IMG/VR virus record: IMGVR_UViG_3300023174_000108 | Strand: one strand, 5' to 3' | Length of the DNA: 33,124 bases | Source of the DNA: an uncultured virus (IMG/VR IMGVR_UViG_3300023174_000108) | Lineage: Duplodnaviria > Heunggongvirae > Uroviricota > Caudoviricetes | Shown: positions 9,394 to 18,933 of the stretch, piece after piece | How the letters are laid out: each line of letters starts with the position of its first letter | How positions within the stretch are numbered: the stretch's first letter is position 1 | The notes under the pieces: model-generated | The model's database searches: none | What the model saw: the letters and a program-made list of their open reading frames with translations, nothing else | Told to the model about the DNA's origin: nothing | Made by a program: the position numbers and the translations under genes

Positions 9394-10821
9394 TCAGTAC
9401 ACAATCTTTGTTGATGGGTAGAGAGACTGCCACTCTTCAACATCTTTCATGTCGTTCAGTAATGGTTGCCCTTTTATATTTAAACTAGTATTTAAAAGCA
9501 CAGGGATTCCTGAGTACTCGTGCCACTGTTTTAGAAGACTATAAAGACCAGGGTGTTGAGTGCCGTTTACAGTTTGAACCCTAGAAGTCCCATCTACATG
9601 TACAACCGAAGGTATCTCAGAGGGCCGCTTACAAGTAACAGCAAATTGCATATATGGCGAGGGCCTGGCTAAATCAAACCACTCATGAGCAAGCTCTTCT
9701 AACACTACTGGCGCAAAAGGTCTAAAGAGCTCTCTCTTTTTTATTAGGTTAACCTTGTCCTTGATATCAGCCGCTCTTGGGTCAGCTAAGATGCTTCTGT
9801 TACCTAAAGCGCGGGGGCCATACTCAGCTCTACCGCTAGCTACAGCTACTATTTGATTTACCTTTAACTCTTCTAGAAGAGCGGATACTGGGTACTCCCC
9901 AGGTATATCTGCACCTAGGTAAGGGCCTTTCCAATCTATATGCTTTCCATACAATGCCGCCGCTGCGCCCAAGCTACTGCCTGAGTCACCAGGGTTTGGC
10001 ATAATCCAAACGTCATCAAATATAGAGTATAGGGCTGTGTTAGCTGAGCAGTTCAAAGCGCAACCGCCCATAAATACAAGATTGCGTTGGCCAGTAAGTT
10101 TTTTAGCGTATTCCATAAACTCAGTAAGCCTAGTTTCATACACCTGTTGTACAGAGGCAGCTATATCAAATACATAATTTGGGTTTATTTTTTCACCCCA
10201 ATCAACAATGCCTCTATGAAAGTTATATTTTTGTGAAGTTATGGACGGAAAATACTTAGAGACCTTGTCTAAGTACCTAGTTGGATTTCCATATCCAGCC
10301 ATACCCATCATTATGTACTCTTCTTCATTTGGCTTTAAACCAAGCAACTGAGTGAAGGCTGAGTAAAAAAGCCCAAAGCTGAACGGATAATTCTGCGATT
10401 TAACTAATGATATGGATGTTCCAGAAGCACTCCATATAGTTGACGTGTTCCATTCCCCAATTGAATCTAAAACAACAATAACAGCGTTTGTAAAATGGCT
10501 GGTAAAGTACCCAGCACAAGCATGAGAATAGTGATGCTTGAAGGTGTAAGTCTTAACCCCTTCTAATTTATACTTTGGCCGCCACTCCCCCAACCCACCT
10601 TTTAATTTTAATCTAGAAGCCTTTAATAAGGGCTTCTCATAATAAGCTACTGCATCAGGCTTACCGTACTTAAGAGCATCATCTATAAGCTCTTGATTAA
10701 CATACCAATCATTTTTAGTTTTTGAATACCGTTCGGAATGGGCTGCAAATACTATTTGACCGTCATCAATTAAAGATACGGACGCGTCATGAGAAGCCTC
10801 ATTTATACCCAGTATTAACAT
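9394..10821 (-). CDS. Carbamoyltransferase (NodU/CmcH/TobZ family)
   Basis: HDAS, HHYSHA, DSIGE, GGCALN, EYGPRALGNRSILADPR, RELFRPFAP, SRVQTV, LLNTSLN. Confidence 0.93.
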   Translation of the reverse strand: MLILGINEASHDASVSLIDDGQIVFAAHSERYSKTKNDWYVNQELIDDALKYGKPDAVAYYEKPLLKASRLKLKGGLGEWRPKYKLEGVKTYTFKHHYSHACAGYFTSHFTNAVIVVLDSIGEWNTSTIWSASGTSISLVKSQNYPFSFGLFYSAFTQLLGLKPNEEEYIMMGMAGYGNPTRYLDKVSKYFPSITSQKYNFHRGIVDWGEKINPNYVFDIAASVQQVYETRLTEFMEYAKKLTGQRNLVFMGGCALNCSANTALYSIFDDVWIMPNPGDSGSSLGAAAALYGKHIDWKGPYLGADIPGEYPVSALLEELKVNQIVAVASGRAEYGPRALGNRSILADPRAADIKDKVNLIKKRELFRPFAPVVLEELAHEWFDLARPSPYMQFAVTCKRPSEIPSVVHVDGTSRVQTVNGTQHPGLYSLLKQWHEYSGIPVLLNTSLNIKGQPLLNDMKDVEEWQSLYPSTKIVY

Positions 10822-10822
10822 C

Positions 10823-11887
10823 TTACCCCTCTATAGCTTGTTTAAATAGCTCAAACACATGCTGATGTCTGTGCGTACCCCAGTGATTAAAATCTGTGCC
10901 AATGTCAAATATATTACTATTTTTTTCTTTTAAGTCTAAATGGCACTTAACAACCTCATTACAGCTAGTGCCTTGAACGCACCCATCATTTTTAAGAATT
11001 CTAGCTCTGTGATAGTTGTCTGGTCGTTGGCCTCCGTTCCACCACTTTCCCATTTCTAAATCAATTTTGTATTTAAAATGGGATGGGTCTTTTTTAGACA
11101 TCATCTCTATAGAATCATAGTTCATAAAATCCCACATTCCCCAAATCAAACGTATGTTTGCAGCTTCACAATACTGCTCAAGCATATTTATTGACTGCAT
11201 TGCAAGCCAATACGGGAGCTCCAGAGGAATAACTTCATCTATTAAATGTGGTTTTTTAGAGTACGTAGGGGGAGTAACAGACGTAAAATAACTTTTTTCT
11301 AAAAATTTGTAATCTAAATGGTTGTTAAAAACCTTTGGGTCATCTTCAATAGTTTTTTTAAAAGTTTTAGATATTAAAGTGTTTTTGTTTTGAGGCATGT
11401 GCAAGCGCTCTAAATTAGGAAACGCGCACACAACTATCTTAGGGTGCCCAAACTCTTTAAAAAAAGCCAACAACTGATTGACTATCTGTGATACGGAGCC
11501 TCCAGGTATGCCTAAATTTATATAGGGGTACTCTAAAGATGACGCTAATTTGCTCCCCCAAGTAAGCTCTTCGTGCATACCAACGCCATACGTGTGAGAG
11601 CACCCAGTTATAACTAAAGGTGGTGTTTTAAAAAGCTCATCACACCTAAAACCTCTAGAGTTCTTTCTGTAATGTGTGCTCTCTATATAAGGTTCACTGG
11701 AGCCTGTCCAGTAATTTGTATCGAATGGGGCTCCGTTGTCTAAAGGTGAAACTAAAAGATTAAAAAATAACAGCTCTTTTTCAACCTCGTTAAACTCAAA
11801 ACTTTCATTTGGCCCATTTAGTATGGCGTCATCCAGCCTATTAAAAGGTTGTATAAAGTTTCCCGAGTAATTAGGGTTGCTAGCCAT
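10823..11887 (-). CDS. SGNH-hydrolase-fold protein (acyl esterase/transferase-like)
   Basis: NSRGFR, GCSHTYGVG (block I), NLGIPGGS (block II), DFNHWG (DxxH). Confidence 0.7.
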   Translation of the reverse strand: MASNPNYSGNFIQPFNRLDDAILNGPNESFEFNEVEKELLFFNLLVSPLDNGAPFDTNYWTGSSEPYIESTHYRKNSRGFRCDELFKTPPLVITGCSHTYGVGMHEELTWGSKLASSLEYPYINLGIPGGSVSQIVNQLLAFFKEFGHPKIVVCAFPNLERLHMPQNKNTLISKTFKKTIEDDPKVFNNHLDYKFLEKSYFTSVTPPTYSKKPHLIDEVIPLELPYWLAMQSINMLEQYCEAANIRLIWGMWDFMNYDSIEMMSKKDPSHFKYKIDLEMGKWWNGGQRPDNYHRARILKNDGCVQGTSCNEVVKCHLDLKEKNSNIFDIGTDFNHWGTHRHQHVFELFKQAIEG

Positions 11888-12957
11888 TAGTAAACCAGAC
11901 CTGTTGATGACTCATTTGAGCCTAGCGACCATCGCTCAATAATAAAGCATAACTCATCTAAATCTAAAGTTTTAGCGTAGGCGCCAAAAATAGTAAAGTC
12001 AATATCAAAGTTAGAAAAAATAACTTCGTAAAGGTCAACCCTATACTTATCAGTATAGTTTATAGAAAACACTTTTGCGCTTGGTTTGGCAAACCCGCAG
12101 TTAACTAACGCTGAGCCGTATAAAGCAACTATATAATCCGCTGACCTTACAGCCCTAACTTGTTCAGAAAAGCTCATATCTTCAAAAAATATAGAAGTAA
12201 AGCCAAGTTCAATTAGGCGAGCTTCAAGCGCGTCTTCAAAAGGAAAAGGCCTGTCTATAGTTTTTTTTCTAGATAGATAAATCTTCTTATTTGGAGAGGC
12301 CCCCTCATGCGGAATTAACTCTCTTAGCTTAGATATTGTTTTAATACTAATTGAGTTATCTGGGACTTTTAAGAAATGATACAAGTAATAGTCTTTGTTA
12401 TTATGTTTAATGATTGGGTCATCTAGACCCTGGATATGAAACTCAGAAAAAAACAAATAACAATGACTTACCCTTAGCGTTGAAACCTCGGTGTCTAAAA
12501 TGCACTCAAACGGTATATTTAAAAAAGTTAAAAAATCAAGTACATGCTTGGCGTTTATGTGCCTTAGCGGGTCTTCAGTTAATGACTTAAAAATGCCATT
12601 GTTTAAATCATGCTCATAGTAAACTATTAAAACCTTAAAAGACTCTTTTAAATCAATAAGAGCAAGTATGTTAGAAAACGTTTCAAAGAAGTTATGAAAG
12701 TATTGGGGTATTAAAGGTATGATAAAAACTGGAGTATCTAATAAAGGTGCCTCATCAAAGTGCCCATCAAGCTGTATTTGTATAGGTAATCCGTATGACG
12801 TGTGGGTTGAAAGAATAGGGGACTTAACTTTTAAAACTAATTGAGATGGGGGGAACTCAAGTACGCTTTCTATGTGCTTGTCTAATGGCGTCTCTTTTGC
12901 GTATATCACGGTACTAGAATACTTTTTTTTCCCCAAAATGGTCCCTATAGTACTCAA
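11887..12957 (-). CDS. Glycosyltransferase family 61 (DUF563-like)
   Basis: YFH, KIYLSR, FEDMSFSEQV, IVALYGSALVN motifs. Confidence 0.8.
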   Translation of the reverse strand: MSTIGTILGKKKYSSTVIYAKETPLDKHIESVLEFPPSQLVLKVKSPILSTHTSYGLPIQIQLDGHFDEAPLLDTPVFIIPLIPQYFHNFFETFSNILALIDLKESFKVLIVYYEHDLNNGIFKSLTEDPLRHINAKHVLDFLTFLNIPFECILDTEVSTLRVSHCYLFFSEFHIQGLDDPIIKHNNKDYYLYHFLKVPDNSISIKTISKLRELIPHEGASPNKKIYLSRKKTIDRPFPFEDALEARLIELGFTSIFFEDMSFSEQVRAVRSADYIVALYGSALVNCGFAKPSAKVFSINYTDKYRVDLYEVIFSNFDIDFTIFGAYAKTLDLDELCFIIERWSLGSNESSTGLVY

Positions 12958-13600
12958 AAATACCTTCTTGAGTGCTTAAGTCATATGCAATACTAGATAT
13001 AGTTAATGAAATAGATAGGCCATCATCTAAAGCTAATTGAAGGGCTGAGGACTGAAAGAACTCACCCCCCGACGAGTTTAAAGACGCGTTTGCATACTTA
13101 ACAAAGTCCGTACCGCGTTTCCAAAATACGATACCAGATAAGGCTTTGTCACTTATTGTTATCTTTTCCTTGATTAACCGCTTATCCATGTCCACATAAG
13201 AGTAGCTTGGATTGTTACTTATCTGAACGCACAAACCTATATCGTATTGAAATAGCGTACTTAGGTCTACCTCATTAAACATATCGCAATCAAGTATAAG
13301 TAAAGGGCTATTGTCTATAAAACTAGAAGCCTCTAGTATAGAGGTCATTGGGCCCGTTAAAGGAGACGTTTGAACTATTACTTTACTATCTGGAAACCTG
13401 CTCTGTATAGCGTCATCTATCTTGTAAACGTCCACATGTTCTTGGGATACTACAAATATAAATTCTGTGATTGGGACCTTTAAAGACTGTATAGCTACCT
13501 CAAACATAAAGTGGTTGCCAATAGGTATTAGAGGTTTTGGCGAGTTTGAAAACGTTTTTGTTCTTGTACCTTTACCAGCCATAGGCACAACTACCCTCAC
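12914..13600 (-). CDS. Sugar-phosphate nucleotidyltransferase (GT-A fold)
   Basis: VVPMAGKGTR, PKPLI, LILDCD, YSYV, EK..ISDKA. Confidence 0.8.
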   Translation of the reverse strand: MRVVVPMAGKGTRTKTFSNSPKPLIPIGNHFMFEVAIQSLKVPITEFIFVVSQEHVDVYKIDDAIQSRFPDSKVIVQTSPLTGPMTSILEASSFIDNSPLLILDCDMFNEVDLSTLFQYDIGLCVQISNNPSYSYVDMDKRLIKEKITISDKALSGIVFWKRGTDFVKYANASLNSSGGEFFQSSALQLALDDGLSISLTISSIAYDLSTQEGIFEYYRDHFGEKKVF

Positions 13601-14454
13601 CCCTCCACCTCCTGAAGTATTAGCTCACACTCTTTTAAAAACTCTATAACGTGCTGCTTATTGTCCGCATGTAGGGGTATCATAGATAGAAATAGGGAAG
13701 CTTCATATAACCTAACTAATCTCATATCAGCCCCTAAAGTTGTAAATAACTTTAAAAGCTTGTTGTAAGCGTAGCTGTTAACCTTCTTCTCAGTACCGTG
13801 GATTACATGGTCGTAGCAGCCTACTATAGAGTGACTAAGCTTGGCTAAGTCGTAATACTCATCAATATATAGCTCCTCAACTGTTAAAGCGCCTTTAGGG
13901 TCAATCAGCTTTAAACCAGACTCTGTATAAAACATGTTAGAGAAGCAAAGGTCACCATGCGAAAGGCGTTTATAAAAACTAGGTTTTAATGGGTACACCG
14001 AGTTCCATAAAGCCGTAAATCTGCTTAAAAGCAAAGAAGGCTCCAACTCTGCGGGTATGGAGTAACTGTGCCTAAAGTAAGTGTAAAAATCAGAGACCCG
14101 AATATTTAGCTTATTCAAGATTAAATAGAAACCCTCAGACTCTTGCATATCTATTAGTGGTGAGGAGGTCAAAAGGCTAAATAAATCAAGAAATATTAAA
14201 TCTAGCTCTTCATTAGAAAGTTTGTTGTGGGCAAGCAAAAACCCTAAATCTTTATTAGGTACCATTTTAGTTTTGTAGGATGCTTGATTAAACCCCATTT
14301 TTAAATCTAAAGGCTCTACAAAAAAATGCTTGATGCCTTCAGGCAGTAAGCCGTAGAACTCATACTCTGAAGTTAGCTTGTGGACGTCATAAGAAGACTT
14401 AACTACGTATACGCCATCAGAAACTACTTTATTAAATGACCTAGACTTATACAT
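13597..14454 (-). CDS. APH/choline-kinase-like phosphotransferase
   Basis: HGDLCFSN (Brenner motif), LIDPKG, DEYYDLAKLSHS, LFLSMIPLH, as in capsule-locus kinases. Confidence 0.8.
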   Translation of the reverse strand: MYKSRSFNKVVSDGVYVVKSSYDVHKLTSEYEFYGLLPEGIKHFFVEPLDLKMGFNQASYKTKMVPNKDLGFLLAHNKLSNEELDLIFLDLFSLLTSSPLIDMQESEGFYLILNKLNIRVSDFYTYFRHSYSIPAELEPSLLLSRFTALWNSVYPLKPSFYKRLSHGDLCFSNMFYTESGLKLIDPKGALTVEELYIDEYYDLAKLSHSIVGCYDHVIHGTEKKVNSYAYNKLLKLFTTLGADMRLVRLYEASLFLSMIPLHADNKQHVIEFLKECELILQEVEG

Positions 14455-15197
14455 TACTCAAGTATAGGCTTTGTAGGAACAGGCCTATAGGCTGAATCAA
14501 GATGCTTAGAGGACGAGTCCTCTAGGCTCTCAAATCCTTTTTTATACAAGTGGGGCCATTTACCTGGGTACTTAGCGTAAAACTCCTGTCGGTCACTGTT
14601 GTATAAACTGGTTTTTTCTAACTGCTCTTCAGTTGCTGAGGTTACAGAAATAATAGTTGACTCTAGTAACCCTATTGGATAGTTCACTAACCGCATAAAA
14701 GGGGTTCCTTTTTTAAAGGTAACTACCTTGTTAGGGGTGGTAAGTTTCCAGCAAAACTGTAAAGAGTTAAAGTTGTACCAGTCTGACCTAATTAACGCTG
14801 ACATAGGCTTAGCTCCATCAACAAAATAGTTTGATGGTCCGTCTAATAATATGTAATGGTCCTTATCTGTTTCCACAAAAGCGTTTAAGTTAAAGCTTAA
14901 AGTGGCGTTAGCTGTACCAGTGTCGACAAGGGCTGAGCCGCTAGGCAGCAATCGGCCATCAAGTATGGTGACATGGCTAGACTCAGTATCGCTAATACCA
15001 TCCCAAATGACTTCTACGTCTTGTGGAAGAATAAAATCCCAACCATGAAGGTTGGCCGTAGTCATGGGCTGACAGTGGTACCCGTGCGAGTTAAGAGTAC
15101 TGTCTAAGTACTCTCTTTTAACTTTAGCCTGTTCTACAACAGGATAGTCACAGGAAGAGTCAAGCGCCCATATTTTTATATATGGGCTCTCACTCAT
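14454..15197 (-). CDS. DUF6065-like protein (dUTPase-like fold)
   Basis: YHCQPMTTANLHGW, GPSNY, IRSDW, WKLT, FKKGTPF. Confidence 0.6.
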   Translation of the reverse strand: MSESPYIKIWALDSSCDYPVVEQAKVKREYLDSTLNSHGYHCQPMTTANLHGWDFILPQDVEVIWDGISDTESSHVTILDGRLLPSGSALVDTGTANATLSFNLNAFVETDKDHYILLDGPSNYFVDGAKPMSALIRSDWYNFNSLQFCWKLTTPNKVVTFKKGTPFMRLVNYPIGLLESTIISVTSATEEQLEKTSLYNSDRQEFYAKYPGKWPHLYKKGFESLEDSSSKHLDSAYRPVPTKPILE

Positions 15198-15928
15198 ACC
15201 TTCGGAACCCCAAACTGCTCTCTGTACTCTTTTGGATAAAACGTTGGAGAGTCGTTACGGTGAGCAAACTCATTACGGTCACTCATAATAACTAGTGAGT
15301 ACTTAATGCCGTCATCAGTCACTGGCTCTGAAGCATGAGCATATACATAAGACGATGGGAAGATGACTAAGTCTCCAGCCTTAGGCTTATAACTTAAATT
15401 AAATTTAGGGAAGGTTAACTCTCCACCAGTATAATTGTCATTTGGGTACCCGACTAGTGAGGTAGTGCAGCGGTAAGGTTCACCATCATCTGTATGAACT
15501 TTAAAGTACTCACCTGAGCCGTACCGAACAATATTAATGCACTCATAATAATTAATTCCAGATAAGAAGTTGTTAGGGCAGTAATGAGAAATACATGTCT
15601 TTACTGAGTCCATAATCTCTTTGTGCAGTTTAAATAGGTCTTCTGAGTACTCATCACGCTGACCCAGAGTGTCTTCTCGAACCTTAAAGTCTTTACACTT
15701 TCTATGCGCTTCGTCAGTGTGGCCAAAATTAAGGCCAGCAGTCTGCCAAGCAAATCGTGTTCCAGGGATGGCTAAGCTAGCCTCAACTCGATTTACAATA
15801 TCCATTTCAGGAGTAAAAGCATTATGGTAGACGTAAATGCCTGTTCCAATTTCGTCAAAATCAACAGACCATTCTTTATTATCCCAAACTGTTGTAGCTA
15901 TCATTTTATTCACCCTTTCCTGGTGCAT
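15194..15928 (-). CDS. 2OG-Fe(II) oxygenase, prolyl-4-hydroxylase-like
   Basis: YFKVHTD (HxD), YTGGELTFP, PKAGDLVIFPS, distal H (YAHAS), KYS. Confidence 0.88.
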   Translation of the reverse strand: MHQERVNKMIATTVWDNKEWSVDFDEIGTGIYVYHNAFTPEMDIVNRVEASLAIPGTRFAWQTAGLNFGHTDEAHRKCKDFKVREDTLGQRDEYSEDLFKLHKEIMDSVKTCISHYCPNNFLSGINYYECINIVRYGSGEYFKVHTDDGEPYRCTTSLVGYPNDNYTGGELTFPKFNLSYKPKAGDLVIFPSSYVYAHASEPVTDDGIKYSLVIMSDRNEFAHRNDSPTFYPKEYREQFGVPKV

Positions 15929-16400
15929 ATATAAAACTTAAAGCAGCCCGTGGGCTTAGTGATTGGACGTGGTGCTCTAAAAAAGCTGGTACATATATAG
16001 CGTCTCCAGGATTTAAAATAAAATCCGTTGACGTATCGTTATACCAAACTGTCCAGAGCACTGACCCAATGCATTGAAAGTATACTACATCATCCCCGTC
16101 AAAATGCTTTCCCGTTGTTTTTTCCGAAGTAGTTAGGCTCATCACAGACATTACAGTTTTAAAAGCAAAACCAGAAGGGTTTAATAACCTAGACAGGGCC
16201 TCAATACCTGGAAATACGTCTTCAGTAGCGTAATCAGTAGTTATAGTTAGCCTATCCCAAAAACGAAGGTTACCAACTCGCATGTCTGAAGCTGGCTGGT
16301 TACTTTTCGCAGTTATTCCAATGTTTATATGATTTATAAAGTTAGACCAGTCAAAATCCGTACTAGAGGCGGCTTTGATAAACTTTGGTTCTTTTAACAT
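15906..16400 (-). CDS. JmjC/cupin-like oxygenase
   Basis: HFDGDDV (HxD), FQCIG..W, LNPGDAIYVPA..EH. Confidence 0.75.
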   Translation of the reverse strand: MLKEPKFIKAASSTDFDWSNFINHINIGITAKSNQPASDMRVGNLRFWDRLTITTDYATEDVFPGIEALSRLLNPSGFAFKTVMSVMSLTTSEKTTGKHFDGDDVVYFQCIGSVLWTVWYNDTSTDFILNPGDAIYVPAFLEHHVQSLSPRAALSFIYAPGKGE

Positions 16401-16407
16401 TTTAGTA

Positions 16408-16647
16408 TTACCATTTTCCTATGGGGCACTTAGCCTCAGCTAACTTTGTTTTACCAGACATAAAACATCCGCACTTCTTGCACTGCTTAGTTAACTGGAT
16501 TAACTCTGGGCATTCCAAGCAGACGTTATACCTATCCTCAGCAACTTGCTTGTTTGCAAGTGGAATTCTAGGGTCAACTAGGTCCCAAGGCCTTGTTGTG
16601 CCTAGGTTTTTTTTCCACTCTTGCCAAGCGTTTGTTTTCTTTTCCAT
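16408..16647 (-). CDS. Small Cys-rich protein (DUF6171-like)
   Basis: CLECPEL...QCKKCGCFM..KTKL..AKCPIGKW. Confidence 0.7.
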   Translation of the reverse strand: MEKKTNAWQEWKKNLGTTRPWDLVDPRIPLANKQVAEDRYNVCLECPELIQLTKQCKKCGCFMSGKTKLAEAKCPIGKW

Positions 16648-16842
16648 TTACTCTGCAGGTGGAGAAAACGTTGTCCCATCCCAAGTCCATCCCATCTGAA
16701 CCTCTGACTCTACTTCTACTTCTAAAACTGTAGGGTCTGAAGAAAGGACAGCGGCTAGTGCGGTATGGCGCTCAGAAGACGCTTCTTCAAAGGTAAGGTC
16801 TGGGCCTACTTCACCGTCTACTACAAAAATCCATCTTTTCAT
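16648..16842 (-). CDS. Small tail-fibre-associated protein
   Basis: 64 aa ending GWTWDGTTFSPP, a motif typical of fibre-adjacent/chaperone proteins. Confidence 0.6.
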   Translation of the reverse strand: MKRWIFVVDGEVGPDLTFEEASSERHTALAAVLSSDPTVLEVEVESEVQMGWTWDGTTFSPPAE

Positions 16843-16872
16843 TTTAAGTTCCTTTGTTTTATGTTTTATATA

Positions 16873-17883
16873 CTAGCAGAGAATACAGGTGGTGCCTGAG
16901 AACACGCAACCGCAGAAGGCGTTGCAAGGGTTTGACTTAGGGTCAAAACAGCTTCCAAGACATAAACAACCGCCAGTAAAGCTAGGGAAGTTAGGTGCAA
17001 CGAATGATGGGAAGTTAGGTGCAACGAATGATGGGAAGTTAGGTGCAACGAATGATGGGAAGTTAGGTGCAACGAATGATGGGAAGTTAGGTGCAACGAA
17101 TGATGGGAAGCTAGGGAAGCTTGGAGCAACGAATGATGGGAAGCTTGGAGCAACGAATGATGGGAAGCTTGGAGCAACGAATGATGGGAAGTTCGGAACA
17201 ACAAAGCTAGGAGCAACGAACGACGGGAAGCTAGGAACAACAAATGATGGGAAGCTAGGGGCAACAAAGCTAGGACCAGGGGCTGATGGAGTAACTGGTC
17301 CTCCTACGCTGCTTGCCAAAGATGTTCCATTACCGTTAGTTGCTGTAACTGTAAATGTGTACGGTTGACCAGCTGTAAGGCCTGTTACAGAAATAGGGCT
17401 GACAGTGTTGGTTCCAGAACCTCCTGGAGAGCCTGTTGCAGTAAATAAAGTAATAGCTTTTCCCCCAGTACCGTTTGCAGTAAAAGGTACTGATGCAGAT
17501 TGAATACCAGGGCTAACTGAGCCAATAGTAGGGGCTTGAGGGACAGTAGTTACTGTTGGCGCATTGGAAGGGGCTGAAGAAGCCCCTGTGCCTACAGCGT
17601 TTGTTGCGGTTACTGTATATGTTGGCGCTGTAGAAGAGCCTAATCCAGTTACTGTGATAGGAGAAGACGCACCATCTTGAAACTGACCAGTGCTTGCGGT
17701 AACTCTATAGCTAGTTATAGGTAAGCCGCCGTCGTAAGAAGGGGCAGTAAAGGTTACGGATACAGCTCCATTATTAAAAGCTCTTCCATTTGCGCCAGCT
17801 GCTCCAGAGTCTGTAGCTGTGCCTATTGTTGGGGCATCTGGAACAGTTCGCCTAGACGAATGCGTTACTCCGACTATAGGCAT
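16873..17883 (-). CDS. Fibronectin type III protein with Pro/Phe octapeptide repeats and Cys-rich C-terminus
   Basis: Two FN3-like domains (VPDAPTIG, DGGLPITSYRVT, TGL...YTFTVTATNG.G); about 12 FVAP[S/N]FPS units; GG followed by an 8-Cys tail. Confidence 0.8.
   Translation of the reverse strand: MPIVGVTHSSRRTVPDAPTIGTATDSGAAGANGRAFNNGAVSVTFTAPSYDGGLPITSYRVTASTGQFQDGASSPITVTGLGSSTAPTYTVTATNAVGTGASSAPSNAPTVTTVPQAPTIGSVSPGIQSASVPFTANGTGGKAITLFTATGSPGGSGTNTVSPISVTGLTAGQPYTFTVTATNGNGTSLASSVGGPVTPSAPGPSFVAPSFPSFVVPSFPSFVAPSFVVPNFPSFVAPSFPSFVAPSFPSFVAPSFPSFPSFVAPNFPSFVAPNFPSFVAPNFPSFVAPNFPSFVAPNFPSFTGGCLCLGSCFDPKSNPCNAFCGCVFSGTTCILC
16978..17275. repeat. 24-bp coding tandem repeat
   Basis: GAAGTTAGGTGCAACGAATGATGG and variants arranged head-to-tail; encodes FVAPNFPS/FVAPSFPS on the minus strand. 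Confidence 0.95.
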
Positions 17884-17884
17884 A

Positions 17885-18706
17885 TTACGCGCTCAAATCG
17901 CCAACAAGTACCCAGTTATTCGTACCTAAGCAGATTAAAGTTGCTGATGAATAAGCAGTGCGTAATTTAAGACCAGGTGTTCCATTTAGAGTAACTCCTG
18001 TTTGAGTTACACTTACTCCAGCAGTTAAAGCAAGAAGATGAATCTGTGTGCCAGCTGGTGCTGCACTTAGTGCGGTTGTAAGGTTAAAAGCAAATCCGCC
18101 ATTCATTTGAATCATAGATTCATAGTCACCAACAGCTAGTGTATAAGCTGTGGTTTTAGCTGTTGTATTAACAGTAAATTTAGCTTGATATCCTGTACCA
18201 GCACCACCCGTAGTTAAGTAAGTATTTGTATCTACTGAGCCATCTGCTTTTAAAAATTGACTAGAAGTTCCGCCAGTTCTGACAAATGAAGCCGCAGTAG
18301 CGTTGCCAAGCTGGTCAACCTTAGCTAAAGCAGTTCCTCCTGAGTTCTGCCACTCCTGTAGTGATACAGACTGGCTAGAGCCGCCTTTTACAATTAAACC
18401 TTTAGTTGTACCTGCCGATGGGGCAGTAATAACGTTATCGCTGTCTCCAGCTTTTCTTAGATATTGAGTGTGAACATCTGTAGTAATTCCTGCTTCAACG
18501 TTAGCAATACGCGCTGATACGTTGGCGTATGTAGTAGCGGCTGATGAGTATGTTCCACCAGTAGTAGAGGTTGCTGGGTTGGTGCCTACGGCAGCTTCAA
18601 TTGCATAAACTTCTTCTTGAATAAGGTTTGGGTGAGATGCGTCAATAGTATCAACTGTATTGGCTTTAGCTGTAAAATTAACTAATCCTGAAGGATACGT
18701 TGCCAT
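17885..18706 (-). CDS. Putative tail fibre / minor tail protein
   Basis: Thr/Ala/Gly-rich; NLIQEEVYAIEAAVG N-terminus, GGTSSQFLKADGSVD fibre-like motif, C-terminal WVLVGDL. Confidence 0.65.
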   Translation of the reverse strand: MATYPSGLVNFTAKANTVDTIDASHPNLIQEEVYAIEAAVGTNPATSTTGGTYSSAATTYANVSARIANVEAGITTDVHTQYLRKAGDSDNVITAPSAGTTKGLIVKGGSSQSVSLQEWQNSGGTALAKVDQLGNATAASFVRTGGTSSQFLKADGSVDTNTYLTTGGAGTGYQAKFTVNTTAKTTAYTLAVGDYESMIQMNGGFAFNLTTALSAAPAGTQIHLLALTAGVSVTQTGVTLNGTPGLKLRTAYSSATLICLGTNNWVLVGDLSA

Positions 18707-18735
18707 TTTATAGACCTCTCAATATGTAAGTTACA

Positions 18736-18772
18736 AGGGTAAGACTTTGGCTGTGTGTTTACAGCCTAAACT
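18736..18772 (-). promoter_or_regulatory. Putative phage late promoter (TTTAGGC ... TACCCT)
   Basis: 14-bp exact match to 454-467; TANNNT 29 nt after the start of TTTAG. Confidence 0.5.
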
Positions 18773-18933
18773 TAATTTTGTGATTCTCCGTTTGGTCCAC
18801 GGCCTGCTGAGGTATACCCTTTAATTCTTGGGCGCTCTTGGGTATTTAAAAACATACGGCGAATGCCAAATCTAGAGTCATTAACAGTTAATGGCTTTGC
18901 AAGTGTCTCTTTAAATGCTGTTTTTCTTTTCAT
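18772..18933 (-). CDS. Small basic hypothetical protein (53 aa, not in track)
   Basis: MKRKTAFKETLAKPLTVNDSRFGIRRMFLNTQERPRIKGYTSAGRGPNGESQN; ATGA overlap with the upstream gene. Confidence 0.6.
   Translation of the reverse strand: MKRKTAFKETLAKPLTVNDSRFGIRRMFLNTQERPRIKGYTSAGRGPNGESQN

Noticed and set aside
9394..16400. DNA hypermodification cluster
   Set aside because: Not excluded, but no thymidylate-synthase, nucleotide-kinase or DNA-glycosyltransferase-like genes are seen; the context is tail and structural genes
16978..17275. CRISPR array
   Set aside because: The 24-bp units are head-to-tail with no unique spacers and stay in frame in a protein; no cas genes are present
16866..17368. 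ORFs 16889..17368 (+, KLGATNDG repeats) and 16866..17267 (-, SHHSLHLT repeats)
   Set aside because: Alternative-frame shadows of the repeat; the FN3 frame fits the operon and has recognisable domains
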